From contig OX597824.1 in assembly GCA_951406725.2 (NCBI GenBank), forward strand, positions 9,858,001 to 9,922,000: a stretch of DNA of 64,000 nucleotides, written 5' to 3'. The notes beneath the pieces were generated by a model, which was given only the letters and a program-made list of their open reading frames with translations, was not told the origin of the DNA and searched no databases. Numbering within the stretch: position 1 is the first letter of the stretch; the number at the start of each line of letters is the position of its first letter. Source of the DNA: Octopus vulgaris (lineage: Eukaryota). A program made the position numbers and the translations under genes. Below are positions 15,130 through 30,181 of the stretch, one piece after another.

Positions 15130-15359
15130 CTCTTTTACTCTTTTACTCTCTTACTTGTTTCAGTCATTTGACTGTAGCCATGCAGGAGCACCGCCTTTAG
15201 TCGCGTACATCGACCCCAGGTCTTATTCTAGTACTTATTCTTTCGGTCTCTCTTTTGCCGAACCGCTAAGTTACGGGGACGTAAACACACCAGCATCGGT
15301 TGTCAAGAGCGATGTTGGGGGAACAAACACAGACACACAAACACACACACACACACACT

Positions 15360-15404
<45 letters not shown>

Positions 15405-15564
15405 GACGGGCTTCTTTCAGTTTCCGTCTACCAAATCCACTCACAAGGCTTTGGTTGGCCCGAGGCTGTAGTAGAAGACACTTGCCCAAGGTGCCACGCA
15501 GTGGGACTGAACTCGGAACTATGTAGTTCGTAAGCAAGCTACTTACCACACAGCCACTCCTACG
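15130..15564 (-). mobile_element. SINE family B
   Basis: Reverse-complement match to family B. Confidence 0.9.
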
Positions 15565-16145
15565 ACAACTTTTCCTAGGATTCGAGAATCTACACTATTC
15601 TAATCCCTTCCAGTTTCTCATCAGAAAAAACCAGGCTGGTATAAAACTGAAAACAACGATCGAAAATTATTTCCAACAAGCATATAAGCTACAGCATTAC
15701 CAAGAGATCTGAAATAATGAATCTAGCTCACAAAAATAAAACGCTAAAGTAACAATCTGTTGAATCATACCAGCCTGGTCTTCCAAATAGCTTTTCCGCC
15801 CTATAAAATTACCTTTACGCTTTTCCTGTAGAAGGTGTTATAAGGAAGCTCCTGGACAACGCATGTTGTTATTGTATTGTTCAGCAGAAATACGTACGTA
15901 TCTGATGATTATCTCTAACCAGCCAATTGACTCAGTCAACGAATAGTTGCATGTTATCTATTCGTAAAGAATTATTACGTGAATTTTGTGGTATTGAGCT
16001 AAAATAGCCCTACAATTTTTACGGTGACTGACAAATTCCTGCAGATTTCCTATATGGATTTTTGTTTGAAGTTTTGTTGAATCTGCTACTGTGACCCACG
16101 ATGTGCTTCTTCAGCCTTGTTAGTGCTTTTTGAAACTGGCCGTAT

Positions 16146-16450
16146 TGTTGTTTGTTCCTTCTCGAGCCACGCCTGGTTCATAAGGGCCGGTTTCCCGGTT
16201 TCTTTGGTATATAGGTTTCCCACCTGGACGGGACGCCGGTCCGTCGCAGGTGAGCTGCAAGATGCAGGAGGAAAGAGTGAGAGAAAATTATGGCGAAAGA
16301 GTCAGCAAAAGTTCGCCATTACCTTATGCTGGAGCCGCGTGGAGCTTAGGTGTTTCGCTCATAAACAAACACATCGCCGGTCTGAGATTCGAACCCGCGA
16401 TCTCTCGACCGCGAGTCCACTGCTCTAACCACTAAGCTATGTGCCTCCAC
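16146..16450 (-). mobile_element. SINE family C (tRNA-derived, (AAC)n tail)
   Basis: Head GTGGAGGCACATAGCTTAGTGGTTAGAGC...GGGTTCGAATCTC with clear A/B boxes; 13-bp TSD AAACTGGCCGTAT (16133-16145 / 16451-16463); sister copy at 62596-62900. Confidence 0.93.
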
Positions 16451-16710
16451 AAACTGGCCGTATAGTAAAATTTTGCTCAATAAAATTCCTAAAACTCATA
16501 GATGTCTCTTATTAACAGGAACCAATCTCCGGAGAACAACAAGTCTATTTGACGGAGATTAATCATTTAGACATTACCTTGGGAGCTTTTCATTCAACAT
16601 GTTTATTAAGGAACCATGGCTGACAAGATGTTTCCTGCAAAATTATTTCATGGACTGCTTAAATTTTACTATGTTAAAATGTTACAAAACATTCGATCAA
16701 GCACGTATCT

Positions 16711-17376
16711 TATTTCTTTATTGCCCACAGGAGGCTAAACATAGAGGGGACAAACAAGGACAAACAAAGGGATTAAGTCGATTACATCGACCTAAGTGCG
16801 TAACAGGTACTTAATTTATCGACCCCGGAAGAATGAAAAGTAAAGTCGACCTCGGCGGAATTTGAACTAAGAACGTAACGGCAGACGAAATGCCCATTTC
16901 TTTACTGCCCACAAAGGGCTAAACACAGAGAGGACAAACAAGGACAGACAAACGGATTAAGTCGATTACATCGACCCCTGTTCTTAATTGGTACTTATTT
17001 AATCGACCCCGAAAGGATGAAAGGCAAAGTCGACCTCAGCGGAATTTGAACTCAGAACGTAGCGGCAGACGAAATACCTATTTCTTTACTACCCACAAGG
17101 AGCTAAACACAGAGAGGACAAACAAGGACAGACAAACGGATTAAATCGATTACATCGACCCAAGTGCGTAACTGGTACTTATTTAATCGACCCCGGAAGG
17201 ATGAAAGGCAAAGTCGACCTCGGCGGAATATTGCACAGGTCGTGCTGAAATGTAAAATATTTTCTATTCTGATGATGGAGTCTCGATACATCCAATGTGT
17301 GTGTGTGTGTGTGTGAGTGTGAATATATACCGCTAAGCATTTCGCCCGGCGTGCTAACGTTTCTGCCAGCTCGCCG
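16711..17376 (-). mobile_element. SINE family A trimer carrying a foreign ~97-bp insert
   Basis: Three body units plus head; 17230-17326 is unrelated to the SINE. Confidence 0.88.
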
Positions 17377-17999
17377 AGACACTGTAAAGTCTTTTTCTAG
17401 ATACATCTGACCTCTGATTTCTATCATATATATTTTGCACCTAGCAGCTCGAATTAACCAGGGAACTTCCACGTCGTCATCTGACAAGCAAGACAGTAGC
17501 CAAACTTCTTTCAGATGACATGCTATCGTTTTAAGTTAGGAAAAGAGATATTAAATAAAAGTAGAGCAAGGAATCTCTAAAAACGATGAGGTTAATGCTA
17601 GCTGAACTGTCTTTGATCACAGATCTTTTCAATCAGTCACAATTAGCAACTCGAACGTCGCTCAACTGAAATATTTGACAGAACTGTACCAAAAGCGACC
17701 AATTTGTTTGATATGAGCCATCTTGTGAGATTTCTATTTTAATTACGTTCAAAAGCTGCAACATATTTTTCTTATATTATGTTTTAAAAAAATCTGTAAC
17801 TTTACCGCTACATAATTTTACTCACAAAAATATATGAACTAGTCTCTGCATGTAGAAGGTTTTTATTGCATTTAATATTTCAAAATCCACCCAGTGGACA
17901 GTTGACGCTGTTTTAGAACAAAATGGCTCCTTATTCCAATACTATCTCGGGATCGGTGCATAGTAACTTTGTAGTTGTTTCTTCACCTATGATCTATAC

Positions 18000-18775
18000 C
18001 AGGGGTTCTCAACCATTTTTTGTCTAAGGACCCCTTTTGATTACGATGCTATTCTGGTGGACCTCCATAGCCATTCGATGATTGAAAACTAGTCTTATAG
18101 AAACCTCTTTCAAAATTTCTATTTTGTTTTTCCCTCATTCACTTATGTAGTTTGAACTCTGCAAAATGTTAGAGAAAGAAACCTGGCTGTTTCCTGCAAT
18201 ACATACCAATACTCCCTCTTTTGCTCTTTTACTTGTTTCAGTCATGTGACTGTGGCCATGCTGGAGCACCACCTTTTGTCAAGCAAATCGACCTCAGGAC
18301 TTATTCTTTGTAAGCCTAGTACTTATTCTATGGGTCTCTTTTGCCAAACCGCTATGTTACGGGAACGTAAGCACACCACCATCAGTTGTCAAGCGATGTT
18401 GGGGGGGACAAACACACAAACATACACACACATACACATACATATATACACATATAGACGACGGGCTTCTTTCAGTTTCCGTCTACCAAATCCACTCACA
18501 AGGCTTTGGTCGGCCCGAGGCTATAGTAGAAGACACTTGCCCAAGGTGCCATGCAGTGGGAATGAACTTGGAACCATGTGGTTGGTAAGCAAGCTACTTA
18601 CCACACAGTCACACCTGCGCCTATATATATATATACATATATACATCTAAAGCAAATTTTTTTCATTTACCCTTAAAATACTGCTGTGGACCCAATTTAC
18701 TATTCTGCTGCTTGGACCCCCAAAAATTTTATATGGACCCACAGGGGCCCTATGGACCATGGTCGAGAACCACTG
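18000..18775. mobile_element. hAT-type MITE with nested SINE B (about 18213-18622, minus strand)
   Basis: TIRs CAGGGGTTCTCAACCA / TGGTCGAGAACCACTG; flanks ATCTATAC / ATCCCTATAC approximate an 8-bp TSD. Confidence 0.82.
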
Positions 18776-19707
18776 ATCCCTATACTCTACATGAGTATTA
18801 CCTGATGCTAAGACCCACATCCCACCGATAAGGTTCGTACTCGAAGATATCAAACTCATCTTGATAAACTCAAAACTACGAACACTTGACTGCATAAAGA
18901 CACTGTTACTTGACCCCTTCCCAGAACTGTGTTGAACCGTTTCTTTATGAGACCCCCGCTTCACAAATGTTTAATAAAGCATCGTGTTCAAAATCTCTGT
19001 ATAGAATATTATTTGTACGACAGGGGAATACACGAATATTCTACCAGAGAATACGACTTCCAAACAACAGCTTGAATATGGAGAACTGCTGACCTGAATT
19101 TTCAGCCTCGCTTCGGTTACAGATTCCTGATTTGAATCGCTTCCCTCAACCTGACAACAATTACAAACTAGAATTCCACCTCATCACGAGTTATCATCAG
19201 TGAGGCGCATACAGAAGCACCATACGATACATTTAAAGATCATAGCATCATTTACACCATCTTTATTGAATACTGTTTTTACGTTCTGTTCGTTATTTCT
19301 TTCATTTCTCTCACTGAATTTTATACATTCATTTCTTTTTTTAAATAATTTATAGTTTTTTATGATATTTTATCTATCGATTCGGTTTCTTTTTCCTTGT
19401 TTACATTTATGGTTTTTTTTTTTCTATTTCGAAACTCTCTTTCGTCTTTCGTCTTTCCTTATTGCCTTCATCATGTATTCAGGTTTTGACGAGGATATTC
19501 CAACGACGGTGGCTGTTTGCAACTTATTCAACAGATACAAATTCAGATTGTTGAATTTAATGAATTTTTATGAGTCTCTCCTAATAACAAAACAGGACTC
19601 TCTTTCTTTTTCAATGATTTTAAATGAAAAGAAAGAAAACAAAAGAAATATTTTGTAATTTCTGATTCTAAATATTCCTAGACCTTATTTTCTGTTTACT
19701 TCTCGGC

Positions 19708-19787
<80 letters not shown>

Positions 19788-19791
19788 GTTA

Positions 19792-19822
<31 letters not shown>

Positions 19823-19934
19823 CATCAATATCATTATTATTGTTGTTATTATTATTATTATTATTAGTTAAAGTAGTAGTAGTAGTAATAATAGTAGTAG
19901 TAGTAGTAGTAGTAGTTGCAGTGGCAGCAGCAGC

Positions 19935-19972
<38 letters not shown>

Positions 19973-19988
19973 CAGTAGTAGGAGCAGT

Positions 19989-20066
<78 letters not shown>

Positions 20067-20214
20067 GGTGGTGGTGGTGGTGGTGGTGGTGGTGGTAGTA
20101 GTAGTAGTAGTAGTTAGTAGTTAGTAGTAGTAGTAGTTAGTAGTTAGTAGTTAGTAGTAGTAGTAGTTAGTAGTTAGTAGTAGTAGTTAGTAGTTAGTAG
20201 TTAGTAGTAGTAGT
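19708..20214. repeat. (TTA)n-(AGT)n-(GCA)n-(GGT)n compound microsatellite
   Basis: Directly visible. Confidence 0.97.
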
Positions 20215-20451
20215 AAGCGCAGAGCTATTCAGAAGTATCTTCAACAATAGCTCCATGAGACTAAAGAATTTATCGGGCTGAGCTGCATGAAAAGCAGTTT
20301 TGGAAATTTATTTTTAGAGTATTTGCAAATTTTGATTTTTAAATAATTTAATTTTAATTTCTTTTCTTTTTTTTTCTTTTACACAATAAAACATTCCAAT
20401 TCATTCATGAAGTCTCGATACACGTGAACCGCCCCTCGATAGAATAATATC

Positions 20452-20865
20452 TATTTCTTTATTACCTAGATAGGGCTAAACATAGAGGGGACAAACAATG
20501 CCAGACAGAGGGATTAAGTCGATTACATCGACCCCAGTGCATAACTGGTATTTGTTTAATCGACCCTGAAAGGATGAAAGGCAAAGTCGACCTCGGCGGA
20601 ATTTGAACTCAGAACGTAACGGCAGACGAAATACCTATTTCTTTACTACCCACAAGGGGCTAAACACAGAGAGGACAAACAAGGACAGACAAACGGATTA
20701 AGTCGATTACATTGACCCCAGTGCGTAACTGGTACTTATTTAATCGACCCCGAAAGGATGAAAGACAAAGTTGACCTCGGCGGAATTTGAACTCAGAACG
20801 TAGCGGCAGACGAAATACCACTAAGCATTTCGCCCGCGTGCTAACGATTCTGCCAGCTCGCCGCC
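20452..20865 (-). mobile_element. SINE family A dimer
   Basis: Head plus two body units. Confidence 0.9.
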
Positions 20866-20989
20866 CTCTACAGAATGATATCGAGCGCAACCAAACAGCT
20901 CCTGTCCAGAAACTAAATCTACAACAAATAATGATGAACCTCGATGCATACAAATTGTATGAAATGAATTTTATAAAAAAAAAGTTTGT

Positions 20990-21139
20990 TGCTGGTGTGA
21001 CTGTGTGGTAAGAAGCTTGCTTCCTAACCACATGGTTCCCGGTTCAGTCCCACTGCGTGATGCCTTGGGCAAATGTCTTCTTCCATAGTCTCGGGCCGAC
21101 CAAAGCCTTGTGAGTGAAACTGAAAGAAGCCCGTCGTAT

Positions 21140-21140
<1 letters not shown>
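20990..21140 (+). mobile_element. SINE family B 5' half running into (GATA)n
   Basis: Head/CORE match ending GAAGCCCGTCGTATA. Confidence 0.82.
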
Positions 21141-21225
<85 letters not shown>

Positions 21226-21294
21226 TCATAGGTAGGTAGGTGTACATGCAAAACAGAAATGAAGCAAAGACGGAAGATTTTCCAGAGATGAATA

Positions 21295-21688
21295 TCTTTA
21301 TATATAAAAGAAAGGTTGTGTGTCTGTCTCCTCCGATTTAGATTCCTAACTACTCCCACATTTTCCGGTGCAGTTTAACCAAAACCGGGTATCTTATAGT
21401 CGTGATTTATATCAAACCCTTCTGGGTGTTAGCGCGCGTCTACGATGAGTCTACGATTTTTAAAATAATTTACAATCATTTTTTTCCATTTTTAATGCAT
21501 ATTTTTTAAATATAAGGGAAGTAACTCTCTAAAAATGTCTACGATGAGTCAACGATTTTTAAAAAAATTTACCATAATTTTTTTTCCATTTTTAATGCAT
21601 TTTTTGCTATTTTTTGGCTATAACTCTCTAAAAATGCTTTAAAGTTATTTCCCTTACAAACCCGAGCAACGCCGGGCGATACTGTTAG
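21295..21688 (+). mobile_element. Non-autonomous Helitron-like element, subfamily 1
   Basis: 5' TC start after A; 3' hairpin CCCG-AGCAACGC-CGGG then GTTAG (CTAG variant) before T; no TSD; sister copy at 29294. Confidence 0.85.
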
Positions 21689-22399
21689 TTTAAGTATAAA
21701 TATATTTATATTAATAGATCCAACTTACATAGAATACAAACGACGGAGAAAATTAAGGTGTGAGGTAAGGTGTTATAAGTCCAACGGCTGTTTCTGGGAG
21801 CTCGGAGACACATCATGATGTTGGCTAGATGTAGTTCACCAAAGTAAACAGCCAGTAACGGAAGCAAATAAGCATTGCACAAGTCGAGCTGAAATGTAAA
21901 ATATTTTCTATTCTGATGATGGAGGCTCGACACATCCAATGTGTGTGTGTATGTGTGTGTATGTGTGTGAGAATATATTATGTGTGTGAATGTGTGAGTG
22001 TATGAATAAACTTGCACTTGTGTTGTAGGTGCGCAAGTCCATTTAATGCAAGTGTGTGTGTACGTGCGTGTGTGCTTTATTAATGTGTATTCGTGCGTGT
22101 GTGTTGGTACCTCATATGTGTGGCTGCGTGCATGTATTCACCTAAAACCTCAAACCGGAGAATACTTGAGGCGTTTTATGAATCCTCTTTAAACCGCAAA
22201 ACGATTATATTCGGAAATGCTCAGATCTGTACTTTTATACATTTCAATGTATCTATGCACGTACGTGTGTGTGTGTTTATGTATGTATTTATGTGTGTTA
22301 ATATACGCATGTATGAACACATATATGTTTATGTATACTCATGTGCGTACGTATATATCCACTTATATATGAATTTATGCACTTTTGCACATGTATATA

Positions 22400-22430
<31 letters not shown>

Positions 22431-22959
22431 GCATATATATATAATTATGTATTTAAATGCATTTATCTGTATAAACGTATATATGTGCGTGTATGTGTAT
22501 ATATATCTATATATATATTCATTTATCTATTTATATGTATATATATATGTATGTATATATATATATTCATTTATCATTTTATATGCGTATATATATGTGT
22601 GTGTATATATATATGTGTGTGTGTGTATGTCTGTATTCATTTATATTTACTTATATGTGTGTGTGTGTGCGCGCGCGTTTGTATAGATATGTATGTATGT
22701 ACGCATACATGTAGGTATATGTCTGTGTTTGTGTATGTACGTATGTTCGTACGTATACATGTAGATGTGTGTGTGTGTGTGTGTGTGTGTGTTTGTACAT
22801 GTGTGTATCTGTGTGCAGATACATATATTTACGTAAGCACGTAAAACAAATAGCTGTTATGTAAATTGAGACATCTACTGACATTCAAGCAGGGAAAAAA
22901 TTGCTAAAAATGACAAGTTGGCTCGTACGATTGACGCTCAATTTTATGAAGCCATCATT

Positions 22960-23006
22960 TATTATCATTATTATTATCATTATTATTATTATCATTATTA
23001 TTATTA

Positions 23007-23085
<79 letters not shown>

Positions 23086-23117
23086 CATTATTATTATTAT
23101 TATCATTATTATTATTA

Positions 23118-23148
<31 letters not shown>

Positions 23149-23162
23149 CATTATTATTATTA

Positions 23163-23202
<40 letters not shown>

Positions 23203-23249
23203 CATTATTATTATTATTATTACTATTATTATTATTATTATTATTATTA

Positions 23250-23295
<46 letters not shown>

Positions 23296-23297
23296 CA

Positions 23298-23328
<31 letters not shown>

Positions 23329-23396
23329 TATTATCATTATTATTATTACTATTATTATTATTATTATTACTATTATTATTACTATTATTATTATCA

Positions 23397-23427
<31 letters not shown>

Positions 23428-23650
23428 TATTATCATTATTATTATTACTATTATTATTACTATTATTATTATCATTATTATTATTACTATTATTATTATT
23501 ATTATTATTATTATTATCATTATTATTATTATTATTATTACTATTATTATCATTATTATTATTATCATTATTATTATTACTATTATTATTATTATTATTA
23601 TCATCATTATTATTATTATTATTATTATTATTTTATCATCATCATCATCA

Positions 23651-23730
<80 letters not shown>

Positions 23731-23767
23731 TTATCATCATCATCATCATCATTATATTCATCATCAG

Positions 23768-23855
<88 letters not shown>
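22960..23855. repeat. (TTA)n/(TCA)n microsatellite of about 0.9 kb
   Basis: Directly visible. Confidence 0.97.
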
Positions 23856-24303
23856 GCCGCTGTTGCTGTTGTTGTCAATGATGTTGTCACTGGTGTTGTG
23901 GTGATTGTTGTTCTTGTTGTGGTAACTATTGTTTTTGTTCTTAGATTTTACATTGTTTTTGCCGTGTTTTGTTTTATGTTTTTGAAGAATTTTTATATTT
24001 TAACACAAAGAAAGTCCATCTTGCTAATGGGTTTCTGATTTTAGCTTCCGTACATTTGGTGCAGAGAAGAAAAATGATTTAACAAGCGTATGTATATATG
24101 TTTGTGTATGCGTGTGTGTATATGTGTGCGTGTGTAAGTATATAATATATATAATATATACAATATATACATACATGTACGCACTTCTATATATATTTAT
24201 ATAAAAGTACATGCCAGTACATAGAAATATATATACATATATGCATCTGTATATATGTATATATATATATACATATATACATATATATATTTATGTACAC
24301 ATG

Positions 24304-24338
<35 letters not shown>

Positions 24339-24352
24339 GTATATATATATAC

Positions 24353-24407
<55 letters not shown>

Positions 24408-24947
24408 TATATACATGTATATGTACATATGTATGTATATATATATATATGTATGTATGTATATATATTTGTGTGTGTGTATGTATGTATATATTCATAT
24501 ATATGGATGTATATAAATGTGTGTATATAACGTATATAACGTACATCCTGAAATCAAAATCGAATCAAAATCAATCAAATCACTTTGGTAACTGAAGAGT
24601 CTTTTGTTTATTTTGTTCTTTTTGTTTTGTTTTGTCTTGTTTTTTTTTTGGCTTTTTTGGTTTTGGGTTTTCATTGTCATCATCATCATCATCGTCGTCG
24701 TCAGCGGCAGCAGCACCGTTGTCACCATAGATCCATACACGTATATAGGCTTACATATACACACATGCATACTTACCTAAATTCTATTGTATATTATTAT
24801 ATTATAATTATATATAATTATAAGCGTGCACATTGCCTCACAAGAACACCAATATACACATACATACAGACACACGTGCAAATACACACGCACTACTCCT
24901 CATTTTGCGCACGTGTGTGTATATGTGTTCATAGGGGTAGGCATGTC

Positions 24948-25023
<76 letters not shown>

Positions 25024-25269
25024 ATATATTATATATTATATTATATATATATATAATATATAATATATATAATAACATATATATATTATATATATATACA
25101 TGTCTGTATATATATATGCGGAGAGAGGCATTTGTATGAATGATATACGGCATATGTATGCTTGTATTGATGTATGTATGTATGCTTACATGTACGTTTG
25201 TATGTTTGTTTCTATGTATGTTTATATGTATGCATGTATGTATTTTTGTACGTATTCATGTATGCGTGT

Positions 25270-25406
25270 GTATGTATGTATGCATGTATGCGTGTATGTA
25301 TGTATGTATGTATGTATGTATGTATGTATGTGTGTATGTATGTATGTATGTATGTATGTATGTATGTATGTATGTATGTATGTATGTATGTATGTATGTA
25401 TGTATG

Positions 25407-25438
<32 letters not shown>

Positions 25439-25605
25439 TGTATGTATGTATGTATGTATGTATGTATGTATGTATGTATGTATGTATGTATGTATGTATG
25501 TATGTATGTATGTATGTATGTATTTATGTATGTATGTATGTATGTATGTATGTGTGTATGTATGTGTATGTATGTATGTATGTATGTATGTGTGTGTGTG
25601 TGTAT
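25270..25605. repeat. (TATG)n microsatellite
   Basis: Directly visible. Confidence 0.97.
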
Positions 25606-25757
25606 GCATGATTATATAACTTTCGTTGTCATATTTAAAATTTGGATGGATATTTCATAAAAATATATGTCTAGCTGTAACAGGAATACTGTAAAGTGAA
25701 TTTGATGAGAAAAAATATGAAATAAGTAAGAGCCTAAAGAAATTACTATTATCGTAT

Positions 25758-25830
<73 letters not shown>

Positions 25831-25975
25831 AACGAGTACGACGACGATGAGGAGTAGGAAAAGATGAGTTTAAAATCTAAGGGGAGAAGGGATAATAATA
25901 ATTATAATAACGATGATAGTGAGGAGGAAAAAAGAAGAACAATAATAATAATAATGATAATAATAATAATAATAA

Positions 25976-26006
<31 letters not shown>

Positions 26007-26182
26007 AAGAAGAAGAAGAAGAAGAAGAAGAATAACAACAACAACAACAACAACAATAATATAATAATAATTTTTAACGCTCACACCACCCCGGTTTTTT
26101 AGGGGGAATATTATATATGTGTGTGTGTGTGTACATATGCATGTATAAAAATATATCTATGTTTATTTTATCTATTTATATT

Positions 26183-26225
<43 letters not shown>

Positions 26226-26267
26226 GTACATACACACATATATATGTATATCCAATGTAGTTTTTAA

Positions 26268-26420
26268 TACGGGGTGCGTTCAAAAGCTCTCTGACTTTAT
26301 TGTTTCTCGAAAAACCTTTGGGTGAGAGGTGACGCCACTCTTCTGGCGTACGTGCGAAAATTTTTGCGGGGGTAAGCCGCATCAGTTCTCCCGCTGTTAC
26401 ACCTAGAGTACAGACATGTA
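26268..26420 (+). mobile_element. Possible mariner-like terminal fragment
   Basis: TA-CGGGGTGCGTTCAAAA resembles mariner TIR starts; no partner TIR found. Confidence 0.35.
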
Positions 26421-26508
26421 GTACATGTAGTAATATACTGGGCAAGTGTCTTCTACAATATTTTACCTCAGTGTCACTTTGACGATATGCTCTGCTCTCT
26501 CTCACTCA

Positions 26509-26542
<34 letters not shown>

Positions 26543-26544
26543 TT

Positions 26545-26742
26545 AATCCTTTGTACTATTGCGCAAGACCTGAAATTTTGGAGGAAGGGGATATTCGATT
26601 ACATCGACCTCAGTATTTCACTGGTACCTAATTTATCGACTCCGAAAGGATGAAAGGTAAAGTCAACCTCCGCGGAATTTGAACTCAAAACATAGCGGCA
26701 GACGAAATACCGCTAAGCATTTCGCCCGGCGTGCTAACGATT
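26545..26742 (-). mobile_element. SINE family A (alternative tail)
   Basis: Body match with the CCCCTTCCTCCAAAATTTCAGG-type tail. Confidence 0.85.
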
Positions 26743-26768
26743 CGAATAATGATAATAGAATAATAATA

Positions 26769-26851
<83 letters not shown>

Positions 26852-26880
26852 GTAATAATAATAATAACAGTAATACTAAC

Positions 26881-27445
<565 letters not shown>

Positions 27446-27458
27446 TAATAATGTAATG

Positions 27459-27645
27459 GTAGAACACCTACAAAACTCAGCATTGCTTGGAACTGCAAGA
27501 ATTCTTCTCAGGGTTCTTGAAGCATGACGAGGAAACAAGTGTCACCTTAGTCTGTTGGATGTGGACAGCTGACACTTTCCATCATAACCAGCAAAATAAT
27601 CTGTGAGTTTTCCTCAAACAGCAGCAACAACAGCAATAATAATAA
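27459..27645 (+). mobile_element. Second R4/Dong-type 3' end fragment
   Basis: VEHLQNSALLGTARILLRVLEA* followed by a short UTR and (CAA/TAA)n. Confidence 0.7.
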
Positions 27646-28609
27646 ATTATACGATAATTAACAACCAGGTACCAAAGCTTATAATGCACGGAAAGAGACC
27701 CTTTGAGACTTCTGATTATAGGTTGCTGTTCGCTTTCACAGAATAACCCAGAGCAAACAAGACCGAGCTCTCTTAGAAGTAAAGCAATAACAACAACAAC
27801 AACAATCATAATAATAATAATGATAATATCATATAATTACTTGGCAAAGTAATTCGTGAAGAAGATCTCTTTCGGATTCTCTTATCCAAGCAAGCAAGAA
27901 AAGAAAAAATATCCTACAAAAAGATGAAAGATACTCAAAAATATATTCAAGCAGGTCCTGCTTTATTATATAATTTATATCATACAGTGTGGTTTCCAGC
28001 TAAATATACAATATATGTACAAAACTCATTTATGAGATTTGATTAAATGTACATAGAGAAAATAGATTGAATTATGAACAGTACGAAATCATTTTTTTTA
28101 TATTCTGACTATATTTTCCTAATTTATGAATATTGTACAAATATTCAATGTTTGTTCAGGCAAAACATAGAATTACACAAAATATGGGACTTGGCTGTAC
28201 AGTGTAAAGGAATATGCATTTTCATAGGACTTTGAACTTTGAACACTTTTTCATTTTTTTTTTTTTTTTGTGATAAGCGCACCCTCCCATCTTTTCTTAT
28301 TTCTTCCATCCTTCTTTCTAAAATTGACATTTTTAATAGGTCACCAGCCCTTGCGAGAAAATGTGTATATTTACAAGTATGTTGATAGATATGCAATGGA
28401 AAGAAAAAAGAAAGGCGAAATAAAAACAAAAATGCTTTGTAATGAAATTTCAATGAATTGACCACATCAAACTGAAAAGAAACCTCTTTCGCTCTCCCTC
28501 TCTCTCCCTTTTTCTCTCTCTATTTCTATCTCTATTTATCCTTTCCAGTTCCTTTATTATTATTTTTCTCCTTTTTCTTGATTGTCCTGAAATCTCTTTT
28601 TCTCTCTTC

Positions 28610-28640
<31 letters not shown>

Positions 28641-28949
28641 TCTCTCTCTGTCTCTATTTCTATCCCTCTTTGCTTTTCTTTCTCTCTCCCCCCTTTTTTC
28701 AAAACAAAAGAACAAAAACAATATTCTCTTCTTCTAAACAAAGCAAAAAAAAACATCCGATTCATATAAAAGAACAACGAAACGTTCTGCTTTTACCATT
28801 TTGATTTTGTCTTGACGAGTTCGAAAAACGAATGAAAGCACTTATAAAGAATTATCCGAAATTCTGACTGCCCCCTTTTTCTTAAAATACAGGATTTGTA
28901 CACCACTTCAAACATTCTATATATATATATATATATACACGTATATAGC

Positions 28950-29150
28950 TGAAATTTACAGAAAAACAAAAGATGAAAACAGGTGTATAAACAACAAGCA
29001 GGTGTATTAGTTTGACGCTCGAGAAGGTGAGAAAATCTTTTACATTTCGAGCCTACGCTCTTCATCAGAAAGGAACACGATGAAATAAACAGAGTGAGAA
29101 TAAATAAAACAGAGAAAATAAAAATAACTTTTGGAGTTAGCGGTCAATCA
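28950..29150 (-). mobile_element. Short Penelope-pLTR-like repeat carrying a minimal hammerhead motif
   Basis: Related copies at about 34735-34920 (+), 44710-44895 (-) and 60635-60735 (-). Confidence 0.65.
29037..29072 (-). ncRNA. Minimal type-I hammerhead ribozyme motif
   Basis: Minus strand CTTT-CTGATGA-A-GAGC(GTAG)GCTC-GAAA-TG-TA-AAAG: intact core, 4-bp stems I and II. Confidence 0.65.
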
Positions 29151-29293
29151 TCACATATGTACATATATGTATGTGTGTATGTATGCATGTATTATGTATG
29201 TATTATGTGTATATGTAAGTATGTATGCATGTATGTATGTATGCATGTATGTACGTACATATGTATGTACATACATATGTATGTACGTACATA

Positions 29294-29638
29294 TCTTTAT
29301 ATATAAAAGTGAGGTTGTGTGCTGTCTGTCTCCTACGATTTAGATTCCTAACTACTCCCACATTTTGCGGTGCAGTTTAACCAAAACCAGGTATCTTATA
29401 GTCGGGATTCATATCGAGCCCTTCTGGGTATTAGCGCGCGTCTACGATGAGACTGCGGTTTTTTTTTTAAATTTACCATCAATTTTTCCCATTTTTAATG
29501 CATTTTTGGTATATATAAGGGAATTAACTCTCTAAAAATTTATTATTAAATCTCAGAACGTAAAAAGCTACAGTAACCCCCCCCACCCACCTTTTGTGGT
29601 TAGCCACAAACCCGAGCAACGCCGGGCGATACTGCTAG
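29294..29638 (+). mobile_element. Non-autonomous Helitron-like element, subfamily 1
   Basis: A|TCTTTATATATAAAAG ... CCCGAGCAACGCCGGGCGATACTGCTAG|T. Confidence 0.88.
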
Positions 29639-29689
29639 TGTATGTATATTTGTATAAATGTATGCTAATAAAAAGCAAGACAAAATACT

Positions 29690-30004
29690 GTGTCCATTGC
29701 TAAGTACCGGTTGCCAGAAATGTGTTGGTTCTGGTCTTTTCTAATATACCGACTCAGCGTCCTCACTATGTCTTTCTGGTCATCTTTGTATTCTTGCGAC
29801 ATAGCTCTCCCTATTACTTCTGCTTCATTTGCTAAAAACGCATTTACATTTACACTTTGCTCTCCGTCTTCTCTGTCGCCATTCAGTTCTCTGTTCTCAC
29901 TGGTGAAGTATTATTTCGATATTCTACTTTCCTTTTTATGCTCTTCAATTTCCATGTCTGTTAATCACCTTTTTGTTCTTGTTGCTCTTGCCTGGTCGGC
30001 TACT
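29690..30004 (-). pseudogene. Probable N-terminal fragment of an R4/Dong ORF
   Basis: Minus frame VADQARATRTKR*LTDMEIEEHKK resembles the R4/Dong N-terminal LADQxRAIxxxxWLSxxELEEI motif; abuts (TAA)n. Confidence 0.45.
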
Positions 30005-30005
30005 G

Positions 30006-30061
<56 letters not shown>

Positions 30062-30149
30062 GTTATTATTGTTATTATTGTTATTATTGTTATTATTATT
30101 ATTATTATTATTATTGTTGTTATTGTTATTATTATTATTATTGTTATTA

Positions 30150-30181
<32 letters not shown>

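Noticed and set aside
16370-16450. tRNA gene
   Set aside because: The tRNA-like sequence is the head of SINE C; it continues into the SINE body and lies within a TSD.
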